The notes under the pieces: generated by a model | What the model saw: only the letters and a program-made list of their open reading frames with translations | What the model was told of the DNA's origin: nothing | Database searches by the model: none | Position numbers and translations under genes: made by a program | Shown here: positions 29,501-40,081 of the stretch, in pieces | Numbering within the stretch: position 1 is the stretch's first letter | Layout of the letters: each line of letters starts with the position of its first letter | IMG/VR virus record: IMGVR_UViG_3300023174_000138 | Coordinates: 14,144 to 78,143 of that record | DNA length: 64,000 bases | Direction: 5' to 3' (one strand) | From: a virus

Positions 29501-31097
29501 GGTTAGTTTTATTGCGAGCGCGGACTATTTTAGTTATTTTGAAAAATGGGAAGGCGGGGTGTGCAACGGTATTAATACAGATTGCATTTTTCCTGTGACT
29601 ACAGCGGTCAATTTAACTGCATATTTTGGAAAAATACCAACAGTTGACTTATTGTTAATAACACCAGCAGGTTCAGTTTTCTCGCAAGACGGTAGAATAA
29701 GAGTAACTGCTGGAAATGGCTCTACAGGTCCTGCAACAGCTAATATAGCCTACCCTATTAATACTATTATTACACTCTCTGCAGTATATCCTATCTCAGG
29801 CTGGGCTATGTATGGCTATGATGGCGGAAGATGCAAAGGAGTGCAGGGATTAAGATGTACATTCGGAATTAACACTGATATGACAATTGAAGCTCGCTAT
29901 GTCAGGTTTTACGAGTATCCTCTTAGAATAAATTTAACATCTTACATTGCAGCGCAGTCAGCAAAAGGCGATAGTGTCGCTATTGGTGTCGATAATGTAG
30001 ATGACGGTGTTCGGTCAGGGAATGAGTTTTTCTATAATTATCTATGTAACAATGCTTCATGTACCTACATACTCACGGGGACAAACACCGAAAGGTATAA
30101 GAATCAAATTGCAACATTATGCGCAAGACCTTCACCTGGTAGAAAATTAAAATACTGGATTGGTGAATTAGAATGTAATCAATCTGAATTTACAAACGTG
30201 ATACTTTCTGAAACTTCTGCAGACATTTTAAATACAGGCTACATATGTAAATTAGAGATGAACACTTATAAAGAGACCACCGCAGTATTTGACAAAGGGT
30301 ATTATACACTAACTGTGGTTACTACTGGTGACGGAATAGGCAGTGTGTTCAGTGAATCTCCTGACCCTTATTTTAAGAGAGAAATCGAGGGTGATCAGCA
30401 ACCGGAAGATGACGACGGGTCGTTTGATCCTGCATCCGTAACAAATAATATTGTAAAGTTTGCGGTATTAAGCGGTACAACCCTGACTGTGAAAGCATCA
30501 GCCTTTAGAGGTAATTCGTTTATATGGTTGTCTAGTTATAATTGCACGACTTTAAGTGATGCAATCACTTCGTGCCAAATGACATTAAATCAAGATAGAA
30601 CTATCTTAATAAAGCTGTCTGCTTTTGCTTACTGGGATGTTGTTATTATTAATAAAGCGACTGGCGGTGTAAGAGTTTCAGCATTTCCCGCTGGTAGATA
30701 CAACACACTTATTGCCTGTCCGAGCAGCCCAAGTGGTGGGTGTCGCGCAAGCTATAAATCAGGCAGAATAGTAAGCCTTGTTGCAGAAAATTATCAGCCT
30801 GCTAATCCCACAGCGCCTGTCGGGTCGGTAATCCCTCTAACAGGTGTACAATATTTTCAAAGTAATAAATTGCTGGGCGGCGGTGGTCTAAAATATCAAT
30901 ACACTGCTGGTCCTGGAATTTACCTTTCGGTTATGGATCGACCAGAACCGGAGGGCGAGATTTTCTCGATTATTGACGGAAGTATAATCCTTACCTCAGG
31001 CGGTATACCTTATGTTGCCGGACCAGGTATAATAGTAGAAGCAAAAGCATTTCTACAAGTAACAGACACCGCCTACGTAACTGCTTGGCCGCTGTAA
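26529..31097 (+). CDS. Large virion/baseplate protein with Cys-rich InlB-B-repeat-like Ig modules
   Basis: 1522 aa. The C-terminal third has repeated T.V.L.A...F..W.G.C....C...V.A.F units. Confidence 0.6.
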   Translation: MINSSIVNNNFFARDSNEPFTFLQWLVQSTSSNSDVNIQFANYKKYILRWTEKKSLSKKESSKTLQSAYVQVLREITLTYSTEEEKRFITNADLTNPSDIEVILPFFINRLKQICLYYSIAREKLKYTSIEYSQRGTSVSIEKAVKDLIFSTARLDLSFDNLPTFFPPISAIAQDLSIYIEEVYDTTSNYFNQTAPEKNTNKTALQNISSTNIIFDTLYIDFKQAIIDAINYYPFYLDSIMGLFSVNIALSGTELNYLKNRDFIDYINTGLSQDLKINLLKKLAPKFLANDFYFLSTGNSVANTVSGVLFSVTPLSGAPTLNLLNRNSPTVATVPSVDNLYTAYEIGKFFLPQHQGILVYATPQKKFYINKEKLQPNTVYTFPDPETIGNVVYNNSTEKEAITPLTYIVDVTWNKTSRSNQYKFGDVFATPYNSFYYGYQSREQDLNQSASGISRVQDNIDFWDGQESNIWKNEDTWPGIDMLDSYPYEKRQDSLLINTGTPVCWSSDIFNNDFCLIKEIDSLKPASKELTSDGVMPGQSTILSEQTNYLNEKSIYEKHTEPGVLYFRDNIKGIIQSGYEALSSVILRYHPSIVSDIRSKVYYFAIYGNTFVLETSGHVIVDSFEYNYDRLAIESITPQGLIFNKFNNSSKLQKFVGEWYSEKNNLLYLCFLRIRNESASSNYKVVYPVIHAATLSPLQSRIIYPNKETDLVRIYSLSGTSLQPPQVNLVNIDGASFEFLNKTNIFNITYFSKNLNSMPFVVNEQIFKNEPYCTTYNPQFFQPFYFIVDNNYYTPSLPYFVKYVGASTGLIGSHLINSGRFNTLAFNLSNMNYAYCDGIKPLQLNSLASYIVQFDWQTYSEITMFIGCSSYIVRKIDDYLLWNAYTSKAGYLFKDTTISSYQEKISSNSLTIPITSYITRLTDDASLVRFDIVSNHPTFKTPVCDNPDDIYRRITITKAGPGKGQVLSDPFCIDCSEKGNKCFEDFGINTTVSFIASADYFSYFEKWEGGVCNGINTDCIFPVTTAVNLTAYFGKIPTVDLLLITPAGSVFSQDGRIRVTAGNGSTGPATANIAYPINTIITLSAVYPISGWAMYGYDGGRCKGVQGLRCTFGINTDMTIEARYVRFYEYPLRINLTSYIAAQSAKGDSVAIGVDNVDDGVRSGNEFFYNYLCNNASCTYILTGTNTERYKNQIATLCARPSPGRKLKYWIGELECNQSEFTNVILSETSADILNTGYICKLEMNTYKETTAVFDKGYYTLTVVTTGDGIGSVFSESPDPYFKREIEGDQQPEDDDGSFDPASVTNNIVKFAVLSGTTLTVKASAFRGNSFIWLSSYNCTTLSDAITSCQMTLNQDRTILIKLSAFAYWDVVIINKATGGVRVSAFPAGRYNTLIACPSSPSGGCRASYKSGRIVSLVAENYQPANPTAPVGSVIPLTGVQYFQSNKLLGGGGLKYQYTAGPGIYLSVMDRPEPEGEIFSIIDGSIILTSGGIPYVAGPGIIVEAKAFLQVTDTAYVTAWPL

Positions 31098-31105
31098 ATA
31101 TACAT

Positions 31106-33073
31106 ATGAACCAGTTCGTTGATAATATCGCTATATACAATGATCAGCAACTAGATACATGGTCTGACATAATAGTAAGTTTTGAGTACGAGAGAATATC
31201 ATACAACAGCAATCCTACTGGTGGGTTTGCCTTGGTTTTTTTTGATAGTATTGTAGATATACCTCGTAATGGCGGTAAAGGCTATAGTCTTGGTTATACC
31301 CCTAATGTATCAAAAGATTATTGTAAGCAAAGCGGGTATTCAGGATTACAAGCAGCATTTTTAGCAGTAGGATTTGATAATAAAGGCTTATTTGCCGCGG
31401 ACATCAACGGTGCAACAGGTTTGCCTTTATCTGCAATAAATTACAACCATACAATTACTGTCAGAGGCGGGGTCGCTGAAGACTACGGGGTGTTAAAAAC
31501 ATTAAACTTAACAACTAGTACTCTATCTAGTTATTCCAACGCTTCAACCTTTACAGTTGATCAAAGTGCTTCTTCTGCTAATTTTCCTACAGCACATCGC
31601 TCAGTAAGAGTAATTTTAAAAAACCACGCAACCAAATTATTGGTACAGCTCAAAGATAATGCAGAGAAAGATAATTTCGATACCGTGTTAACTCTAGATC
31701 TACCAGAAAAGAGTAGAGCATCATTAAAGGTAGCAATAACAAATACAGTTGACAACGATTTGACACAGTTTAAAATAAGTAGTTTTAATACAGCAGGATT
31801 TCCCGGAACGGTAAATACCCAGAGACTTGCAGGCTGTTCTTACATTATACAACAACCTTTGTATGGCTCCACTGATAGTCAGCTTTGCGCAGGAAATGAA
31901 TTTGTAACCACAACATTGCCCGGTCAAGTTGTAACATATACAACAGATACTGTAAAATATAATTTAAAAAACATTATCTACACCGGTTCCGGGATACAGC
32001 TAACAGGTTCATCTGTAGATTATGTTGCGGGTATTTACCTAAATACCCCTGTTGTAGTCATCTACAAATATCTTGGAGAAAAACTTGCTAAAACTTTTTT
32101 ACTTAATACTTTTGATAATGAGATACCTAAATGGGTAGATGTAGATGGTGTAAACGGTACTTTAGCAGTATTAACCAGGGCAGTGTCAGGAGCAATTTAC
32201 ATTTACAATTACATAACCAGTTCCACAACTCAATCAGATTTGGGCACATGGAAGCTCTACCAGACTATCTCTTTTGATCCGACAATTCACGGTTCATACG
32301 GGTTTTTAGATAAATTAAAAATTAAAGGTAAACATTTAATAGTAAGCGCAGGTCAAGAACATGTACATACTTTTCGTAAAAGTATTTTTAATACCTGGGA
32401 ATACATACAAACATTAAGTGCAACTATCGCCCCGCAATTTACTAACGGTTTTGGTGAAGAGCTAGCATTAGATGGAAACGATCTCTTAATAGGGGCACCA
32501 CAATCACAGAAAGTTCCTTATCCTGAGCCTGTACAAGGCGAGGTGTACCACTATATTTATTCAGAAGAAAAAAACATATGGCAACTAGCAATGGCTCTAG
32601 GAAGCTTTTACAAACTTAATACTGCTTTGGGAGCATTTGGATCATCGATTGCACTATCTAACAATGTGTGTGTAATTGGTAGCCCAGGCGAGGAATACAG
32701 ATACAATGAATCTGTAGCCGATATTAATATGGGTAGAGTGCATATTTTTAGAAAAACAACTGGCGGGCTATTCTCACAGGGAACTGCTATTGCACCGGAA
32801 GGTATCTATAGAGAGCGTGGGGCTTTTTTTGGAACTAAAGTAGCTTTGTATGAAAACTATGCTTTTATCTTATCGCCTTATACTTCCTCTATTTATAAAT
32901 CTTACATCACAATACTAGATTTAAGCTGTAAGTTTCAAATACCTCCACCGCAGATTAGTGCACCGGCTTGCGCGTTAATTACGTTTGATAATAGAAATTA
33001 TATTCTAGATACATTAACAGACTCGTACTTGCTGTCTTACACGTGTCAATTAGGAGGCGCAGCAGAATTTTAA
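31106..33073 (+). CDS. Virion protein with lectin-like domain and FG-GAP propeller (start revised to 31106)
   Basis: GGFALVF...SLGY...LAVGFD (L-lectin-like); FG..LAL.G..L.IGAP repeats; TAAATA 5 nt before ATG 31106. Confidence 0.65.
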   Translation: MNQFVDNIAIYNDQQLDTWSDIIVSFEYERISYNSNPTGGFALVFFDSIVDIPRNGGKGYSLGYTPNVSKDYCKQSGYSGLQAAFLAVGFDNKGLFAADINGATGLPLSAINYNHTITVRGGVAEDYGVLKTLNLTTSTLSSYSNASTFTVDQSASSANFPTAHRSVRVILKNHATKLLVQLKDNAEKDNFDTVLTLDLPEKSRASLKVAITNTVDNDLTQFKISSFNTAGFPGTVNTQRLAGCSYIIQQPLYGSTDSQLCAGNEFVTTTLPGQVVTYTTDTVKYNLKNIIYTGSGIQLTGSSVDYVAGIYLNTPVVVIYKYLGEKLAKTFLLNTFDNEIPKWVDVDGVNGTLAVLTRAVSGAIYIYNYITSSTTQSDLGTWKLYQTISFDPTIHGSYGFLDKLKIKGKHLIVSAGQEHVHTFRKSIFNTWEYIQTLSATIAPQFTNGFGEELALDGNDLLIGAPQSQKVPYPEPVQGEVYHYIYSEEKNIWQLAMALGSFYKLNTALGAFGSSIALSNNVCVIGSPGEEYRYNESVADINMGRVHIFRKTTGGLFSQGTAIAPEGIYRERGAFFGTKVALYENYAFILSPYTSSIYKSYITILDLSCKFQIPPPQISAPACALITFDNRNYILDTLTDSYLLSYTCQLGGAAEF

Positions 33074-34077
33074 TGAATACTAGTTTTTTAGTAACATCAG
33101 CAAGAATTACAGTCCCTACAAACGCTGTAGCGCTGTCAACATATGACTATTGCTCGTGGTTAGATCATCACATTTTTAAAGACACGAGCTTAACACCTAC
33201 AGGGTACAATTTTACATATCCGTTAACAGCGTATGGTGGTTATTTTTTCCCTAGAACAATTACATTTACATCCGAAATAAGTGGCGGGCCTTTTTATGAT
33301 ATTTGTTACCAAGATTTTTGTTATGAAAGTTATTCCTTATCTCCAATTAACATATACTGTGTGTCTAATGTTACCTTTATCTTGAGTACATTAGATGAAT
33401 CTACTGGAAAAATTGTTAAGATAGTCTATGATTTTGGCGATAACTCTGATCTTTTAATTAAAAATTATGATTATCTAGACCTAAGTAGCTTGCCAATAAA
33501 GTTACAACCAGTTACACATACATACTACCCGACAGATTCTTTTGTATCTGCATATACTCCACGTATATCGACAGTTAATGAAGATGGTTGTATTTCAACA
33601 ATAACGCTTACACTCTGCAGCTTTAAGTGTGGTATAATTGATCTATACGAAAACATGACATTATTAGATGCAGCTCAGTCAAAAACTGTCCGGTCTATAG
33701 TCTTGACTTTAGAAGATAAAAAACAGCGACAAGTGTATACGAATATGCTAGATCTTGATGCACCGCTACCGCAGCTGTCGAGCATTACTAATGCCTCTAT
33801 TGCTCAAGCTCTGGAGCAAGCCACAACAATAGTAAGAGCTTCTACGGCTAGACTACAGTTCCTTAATCCTATTAAAGCTGATATCTTTAATTATGAATAT
33901 ACTGAAGGACCTGGTATTAACATGACCCCGGATACACTGGTATTACCACCTGGTAGCTTTATCTCATCGTCTTCTGCATATGGTATGACCGTTATCGATG
34001 GTAGCGGTGCACCATATATTGTTGGAGACGGTCTAATAGTAACCCCTGGGTTTCTTAGAACCCCATTACCGGAGTAA
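33073..34077 (+). CDS. Virion protein with PKD-like domain (start revised to 33073)
   Basis: TAATG coupling to the upstream gene; YDFGD...HTY motif; C-terminal YTEGPGI module. Confidence 0.6.
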   Translation: MNTSFLVTSARITVPTNAVALSTYDYCSWLDHHIFKDTSLTPTGYNFTYPLTAYGGYFFPRTITFTSEISGGPFYDICYQDFCYESYSLSPINIYCVSNVTFILSTLDESTGKIVKIVYDFGDNSDLLIKNYDYLDLSSLPIKLQPVTHTYYPTDSFVSAYTPRISTVNEDGCISTITLTLCSFKCGIIDLYENMTLLDAAQSKTVRSIVLTLEDKKQRQVYTNMLDLDAPLPQLSSITNASIAQALEQATTIVRASTARLQFLNPIKADIFNYEYTEGPGINMTPDTLVLPPGSFISSSSAYGMTVIDGSGAPYIVGDGLIVTPGFLRTPLPE

Positions 34078-34084
34078 ATAATTT

Positions 34085-37000
34085 ATGTATATAAACTATC
34101 TAACTGAAACTAATTTTTATGGTTTAAGTGCGAATTATGTATTTGACAATAATGTTGATTTCGAAAATAAGAAAATTTATACTGACGGCAGATTAGCGCT
34201 AAACATTGCACCTATTTTTACAAATTTAAAAGATTTTAAAAAAAACAACTATACGTTAATATATCTAACAGATCAAGTAAATTTTTCTAAACTCACAAAC
34301 TTTTATGTTCCACTACAAAATAAAAATATTACAGTAGGTAAAATAATTTGCAAACCTAATAATAATATAAAATTTTTAAAATTTGACTCTGTAATAGACG
34401 AATTTGAATTTTTAGCTTTTAATTACGATCAAAGTTTTAATTCAGTGCAAATAGAGGAACCTTTAAATGTATTTCACTTTATACAAAAATCCCCTGTACA
34501 GTGTAACATTATGTATTACTACAAAGATACTGAATATTATTTAAATTTTAATCCCGTAACATTAAATTTAAATTTTACAACTCTTTCTGCATTCAACGAT
34601 CTTAAAGAATATACTCGTAATTTTTACTATACATACAATGAGGAAAACAAAGTATTTACTTTACAATGTAGAATTCAAGGAAAAGCATACAGAGTTGTAT
34701 ATAATTTTTCTACTAACCGGTTAGCATTAAGCACATTAACAGACATTTCACTTAATGATAGCAGGTGCATATTTTATCTATCCGGATCAAAAAACTTTTT
34801 TTCACCAGAAATAACTATTGACTGGGGAAGTTATGATAAAAAATTTAATCAAAATGATTTATCAATAAATAGTACAAGAAGCTTTTTCGACACAAAGACA
34901 AACTTTTTGCTGCACGCTCAGTATATTAAATCTGAACAAAACTATTTGCCTTGTGATATTTTAACTTTAAAAACACAGCTTAATTTAGCTAACATATCTA
35001 CTAGAGGGAATCCCTTCCCTGGTGAAGATGCGGTTATAAACCGCAATTACGCTACAATATTTAGTGGGGGTAGACAAGAGCAAGGACATGAGAAATTGCA
35101 TCTACAATATCAAACTTACACATACCCGTATAAGTTTTTGCCAGGCAAAACAACATGGTTTCATACACCACAATCAATGTGGCCATATCAACGATTAAAC
35201 ATTAACAACACTACTCTAATTGATGCAGGTGCTGTGGGCGGCGACCACCCTTTAAGAAGTGATAAGGTCTTTAAGAAGCTTGGAAACTATAAAAGTACTG
35301 CAAACTTTGGCAACAGTACTAGCGAGCAAACCGGGCAATGGCTATGTGCATGGCTATCAGCAGGTCCAGATATTAATACAAAACCTATTTGGGTAGATAG
35401 GTACTATAATCCTACTAAATTGACCCCATTTCAAGCACTATCTGCAACACCAGGTTCAATTAGCTATATACCTTCGTATGAATGTTATATGACTACCGGA
35501 ATTTATGATGTAGAATCCAGCCTTACATTTGAACCGGGTAATCTTTATGCATATACGCACCTAGGTAAAGTAGACGCTTTGCAAAATATTAATTCTTTTT
35601 CTATACATCAAAAACAAAAAAACTTCACCAAATTTTATCGTTTAGACGGTAAGGTATTACAACCGGTAGTTGTAGATAATATTACTAGCTATGAATTCAC
35701 AGGAAACAATTACAGCACTGTAGATGTTTCAACATTTAATACAAAGTTAAATACATTTACAATAAGCTTCTGGGCTTCACGGGATGACTGGTCACAGCCT
35801 TGTGGTTTTCAGTTAGCAGGAAATTTTACCGACTATGGTTTAGGTATTTTTCAATATGAGAATGTTTCGCCTTTACTAATGTTTATTGTTACCAAAAATA
35901 ATAAAGGCTCGGTTTACGCTTATAATGAAAATTTAGACTTGGTTAATATATACAATGTATCTAATACAGGAAGTAATATCATTGATGGTGTTTGTAGGCG
36001 GGACCCTCTCAATTCATTTCACATATTTACAAGTCTATCTGGAATAAGTGAATTGAACTTGCAAGAAGCTATTATTGACTCCGCGTCAATGCCTGGGAGA
36101 GTGAGGAAGGTTTTTAATAATTCTACTCACGCCTATTTTACTTTAAATAACACAGTATCGGTGGGTAAATTAGATTTATTGACTAATGACGTTGCTTTGA
36201 CCTCAGTTGGTCTTAATAACTATATAAATTTACGACCACCGGCGGCCGCCTTACAGAGTATTTTTGGCACTCAAACGCTCGATACAAGAATTATTTACGC
36301 AAACAACACTTTATATGCGCTATCTACATTCAATGCAACAGAACCGCGATTTCGAAACGGTATAATTTATTATTTAGATAATGTTTATGGTAAAGGTGGT
36401 ACCCTTTTTTCCTGGGATGTTCTCTCTACAACTAAAACCTTTAGTGCTGTTCTCGCCCAAGATAGATACTATAACTGCTTTAATATAGATAAAACAAATA
36501 ATATCTGGTGCGCTAGCGGCGGAGAGATTCACAAATACGGTCAATATGGACTATTACAACAAATTACTTCCCTTGCACCATTGCTAAGCAGTACTATTCA
36601 AGGATTAAAAATTTTTAATATTTCTTTTGCGGATAATTTTATCGATGGCGCTTTAAAGCAAAATTTGTTTGTCTCTTGTTCTGGTAATACTGCAAAAACC
36701 TTATATGTAGTTAAACTAGATTCAGACGGGACGTTTGAAAAAATAATTAATATAAATACAGACAGCTATACAGAAATAGACTGTAGCAATGACAATTTTT
36801 ATTATTCCAAAATTAATTTAGATGATAAAAATAATTATTCCTTTAAGGTGAGATTGTATAATCAATTTAATACAGAAGATTCAATCATACTAAACCTACC
36901 TATAGACCATAGCGATCTAAACGCGGGTTACCATCATTTTTCTATAACTCTAGATACACTCAACGGGGCTGCCAAACTATACGTTGATGGTGAAGAATAT

Positions 37001-37543
37001 ACCTCAACAACATTCAGTAGCGGAAAATATGCATTTACTCCTCTTCTATTAGATAATCTTACTGTGGGAGCTACCCCTTTCTACAACGGTGCTACATTCA
37101 ATAGTTTTTTAAATATAAACGGCTCTTCTCTTTATTATACAGTAAAAGATCTAAAAGTTGAAAATTTTTATTGGTTCAACACTATATTAAATTATTTTGA
37201 TATTTCTATGTTATATAAAGAAAAAATAGAACCAAATTCTTTAGTATGGGATATACCATGCGGTAGAAGACATTACAACGAAACTATAGCAAGATACTTT
37301 AAAAACAGGATACCTGGCGCAAAAAGTTCATATTTTAATGTAAGTGTAAATACAAGTACACTCGATGCCGCGTGTAGAGATGCACTAGAACCAAAGATTA
37401 TAGAAACAATCGGCGGTGTGATACCAGCATATGCAAAATTAAATAAATTTATGTGGGTTACTAATCTACCTTCGCTTAGTGCAACGGATATACAGCCTTA
37501 TTACCCCGGAAATACACTAACAAATTCAGGACTCACGCGATGA
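34085..37543 (+). CDS. Large virion protein with LamG/ConA-like domain
   Basis: FTISFW ... YHHFSITLD..NG.AKLYVDG LamG signature; late promoter 4 nt before the ATG. Confidence 0.6.
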   Translation: MYINYLTETNFYGLSANYVFDNNVDFENKKIYTDGRLALNIAPIFTNLKDFKKNNYTLIYLTDQVNFSKLTNFYVPLQNKNITVGKIICKPNNNIKFLKFDSVIDEFEFLAFNYDQSFNSVQIEEPLNVFHFIQKSPVQCNIMYYYKDTEYYLNFNPVTLNLNFTTLSAFNDLKEYTRNFYYTYNEENKVFTLQCRIQGKAYRVVYNFSTNRLALSTLTDISLNDSRCIFYLSGSKNFFSPEITIDWGSYDKKFNQNDLSINSTRSFFDTKTNFLLHAQYIKSEQNYLPCDILTLKTQLNLANISTRGNPFPGEDAVINRNYATIFSGGRQEQGHEKLHLQYQTYTYPYKFLPGKTTWFHTPQSMWPYQRLNINNTTLIDAGAVGGDHPLRSDKVFKKLGNYKSTANFGNSTSEQTGQWLCAWLSAGPDINTKPIWVDRYYNPTKLTPFQALSATPGSISYIPSYECYMTTGIYDVESSLTFEPGNLYAYTHLGKVDALQNINSFSIHQKQKNFTKFYRLDGKVLQPVVVDNITSYEFTGNNYSTVDVSTFNTKLNTFTISFWASRDDWSQPCGFQLAGNFTDYGLGIFQYENVSPLLMFIVTKNNKGSVYAYNENLDLVNIYNVSNTGSNIIDGVCRRDPLNSFHIFTSLSGISELNLQEAIIDSASMPGRVRKVFNNSTHAYFTLNNTVSVGKLDLLTNDVALTSVGLNNYINLRPPAAALQSIFGTQTLDTRIIYANNTLYALSTFNATEPRFRNGIIYYLDNVYGKGGTLFSWDVLSTTKTFSAVLAQDRYYNCFNIDKTNNIWCASGGEIHKYGQYGLLQQITSLAPLLSSTIQGLKIFNISFADNFIDGALKQNLFVSCSGNTAKTLYVVKLDSDGTFEKIININTDSYTEIDCSNDNFYYSKINLDDKNNYSFKVRLYNQFNTEDSIILNLPIDHSDLNAGYHHFSITLDTLNGAAKLYVDGEEYTSTTFSSGKYAFTPLLLDNLTVGATPFYNGATFNSFLNINGSSLYYTVKDLKVENFYWFNTILNYFDISMLYKEKIEPNSLVWDIPCGRRHYNETIARYFKNRIPGAKSSYFNVSVNTSTLDAACRDALEPKIIETIGGVIPAYAKLNKFMWVTNLPSLSATDIQPYYPGNTLTNSGLTR

Positions 37544-39288
37544 AATCAATAGCAAAAGAATTTTTTGATCACGGGCTAAATTATGACAGGCTACCTTCAG
37601 ATATTTTTTCTCTGCCTAATCAACTTGAAGATATAAAAATTCAACCTAATGATTTAGCAGTTGCTAGTGTGTTTAATCAAAAAATAAAAAAACTTTATGA
37701 TAACTTTTTATACCTTTATGGAATATGTTTTATTTCAAGCTTTAATATTAATAAAAAATACAGAGGTTGGTTCGACGAAATAAATGGATTTATACCTGAA
37801 AATTACAACGATTTTTGGTTGACAGCAACCACCGGAAAGACCCCGGCGTTAAGTGCTAGCACGAAAGCTGTAGCATTTCGTGATTCTAGGGCACCAAATA
37901 TTATTAATACGGTATTTACCAGCAATAGCGCTGTAGGTATTTTAACTATAGAAAAAATTATTGAAGATATAGAATACATAAATTTACCTTTGCAATTAAT
38001 CTTAACAAGTGGTCTTACCCCAGGTACATCTGAATATACTAACGTTATAAACAATATTGAAAAACAAAGAAATTATATAAACAGCTATAGAGGCGCGGTC
38101 AAATTCACTCAAACCAGTATAGACCCATTATCAGGGTCTATAAATTTTCAAAATATTGGCGGTATTGCACAAATTAATAACGAGCTACTTTACATGACGG
38201 ATTCTATATTTGATAATGTATATTCATATAATTTAAAGGATGCTGCAGGAAACGATAATATTAAGAAAAATATTTTATTTCAACTTAATATCGTAGGAGG
38301 TGAAGGCAGTATACAAGAAAAAATTAAATTTAATACCCCCACGCTGACAGTTAATGTAGACGATAATATATTAATTATTGATCAGGCTAACAGCTGTTTC
38401 AAAATTTTCGATAAAAATCTTAATTGGGTGTCTACTTCTACGCAATCGGTATTTTTCAAGCAGTACCCTAAGCAAAATGCGGCTATTTTCTACAGCGCGC
38501 AGCGCATTCTGGTAATTGCTACAGATACAGATCTTCATTTATTTTCCGTTAGCACTGCTTTTGATATTAGTTATATCAAGAGTATAAGCGTGTATACAGA
38601 GACGTTAGCTGTAAATAAAATTATTGATATTAAATTTGCAAACTATGATTCTGACGTACTTTACATTCTTACAAATAAAAGCATAATTAAAAAATGGATG
38701 TCTAAGTTAGAAAAAAATATAGCGGCCTTTAACATTGATGGCCCGGGCTCGTTAGATCTGAATCTGGGCTCTTTCTACTGGCTTACGCTTTCACCGCTGG
38801 ACAGTACAACAGATATTCTATTAGTCAGGGCAGGAAAGGAGAATACGAACTCATTTATATTAATTTTTGAGGACGATTTAAATCTTGTTTCTCTACTTAA
38901 GCAGCAAGATTTTAATGTATATTCAAAAAATGAAATATGCTTAAATGATCAAGAGTATGTATCATCATGGACATACAACAAATCTTTTAAAAAGCTGTTA
39001 TATAATTTAAATCTATTAACTTCCAACCTCGTGTTTAGGTTTTATACAAAAGAAAAAGAGGCAACCGGGACAACAGAATTTATCTTAAAAACTTACAATA
39101 ATATAATAAACGAAAAAACCATACAAGACACTAATACCTATGCAAATATCTTTATTAATGAAAATTTTCAGTCCGAGACTGTTAATAGGTGCTTCTCTTT
39201 ACTGTTTGACTATCAAAATTACATACTCAACACACTATCAAACAATGACCCTATAAATGTGGATTTAACACCTCACAGAGTCGTGTAA
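37540..39288 (+). CDS. Virion protein with NHL-like propeller
   Basis: LYMTDS and ILIIDQAN..FKIFD blades; ATGA overlap with the upstream gene. Confidence 0.55.
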   Translation: MKSIAKEFFDHGLNYDRLPSDIFSLPNQLEDIKIQPNDLAVASVFNQKIKKLYDNFLYLYGICFISSFNINKKYRGWFDEINGFIPENYNDFWLTATTGKTPALSASTKAVAFRDSRAPNIINTVFTSNSAVGILTIEKIIEDIEYINLPLQLILTSGLTPGTSEYTNVINNIEKQRNYINSYRGAVKFTQTSIDPLSGSINFQNIGGIAQINNELLYMTDSIFDNVYSYNLKDAAGNDNIKKNILFQLNIVGGEGSIQEKIKFNTPTLTVNVDDNILIIDQANSCFKIFDKNLNWVSTSTQSVFFKQYPKQNAAIFYSAQRILVIATDTDLHLFSVSTAFDISYIKSISVYTETLAVNKIIDIKFANYDSDVLYILTNKSIIKKWMSKLEKNIAAFNIDGPGSLDLNLGSFYWLTLSPLDSTTDILLVRAGKENTNSFILIFEDDLNLVSLLKQQDFNVYSKNEICLNDQEYVSSWTYNKSFKKLLYNLNLLTSNLVFRFYTKEKEATGTTEFILKTYNNIINEKTIQDTNTYANIFINENFQSETVNRCFSLLFDYQNYILNTLSNNDPINVDLTPHRVV

Positions 39289-39325
39289 AACACATTGTTT
39301 TTGAATAACTATATATAGGAGTATT

Positions 39326-40081
39326 ATGGCCGGATCATACGTTTTTCATAATAAATTACACCGAGCTAGTCATCATACGCTATCAGGTACTGGTCTTCCG
39401 GATGCTGGTTTAGATCCAATAGCCTCTATAGATCAACCGTTTATAGGTATTTTTTATAATGTTTTACCTGACGTAAACGGTGCCCTTTCAATAAAAACCA
39501 GTAGTTTAGATTGGTGGTCGACTTGGACTACAGTAAATAATCTTTCTAGCATTTGGGCTCCGACACAAAGTATCTATGTTACTTTGACAGGTTTATCTGC
39601 TGATTGGTCGTTAGGTTTTAGTGCTTATACATCGCTTTCATCAAATAGTGCAAAATATGAAAGTGCATATACAACAGTAAAAACATATAGCGCTGATTGG
39701 AGTGCGCCGTATAAAATGTTTACTAATATTGTACAGGAATATACAGCTGCAAAAACATTTGCTGGAACCACTATTAGCTTTGATCCCATACTTAATACAG
39801 CGACGTGGGATGTTGCGCTCAATCAAATTACGTTTTTAAATTTAAGTGATAATATTACTTTTAACCCTGTTGTAAGCGCTAAACGAGGCGGGGTATATGT
39901 TTTAACTGTAATTCAAGATAGTGTCGGCGGTCATGATATAGCATTTGACCCTAGTTTTAGATTTAACAGCACTTTGAATATAACTGGTGTTATTGCGACT
40001 GATCCTAATAGTCGAACCGTTATAACTTTTATTTATGACGGAAATATAATGTACGGTCATAGAGCGTTTTACTATCCATGA
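39326..40081 (+). CDS. Fibre-like virion protein with His-rich N-terminus
   Basis: SD AGGAG; FHNKLHRASHH; W/Y 14-aa repeats; C-terminal GG.Y.L.V.QD..G domain. Confidence 0.65.
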   Translation: MAGSYVFHNKLHRASHHTLSGTGLPDAGLDPIASIDQPFIGIFYNVLPDVNGALSIKTSSLDWWSTWTTVNNLSSIWAPTQSIYVTLTGLSADWSLGFSAYTSLSSNSAKYESAYTTVKTYSADWSAPYKMFTNIVQEYTAAKTFAGTTISFDPILNTATWDVALNQITFLNLSDNITFNPVVSAKRGGVYVLTVIQDSVGGHDIAFDPSFRFNSTLNITGVIATDPNSRTVITFIYDGNIMYGHRAFYYP

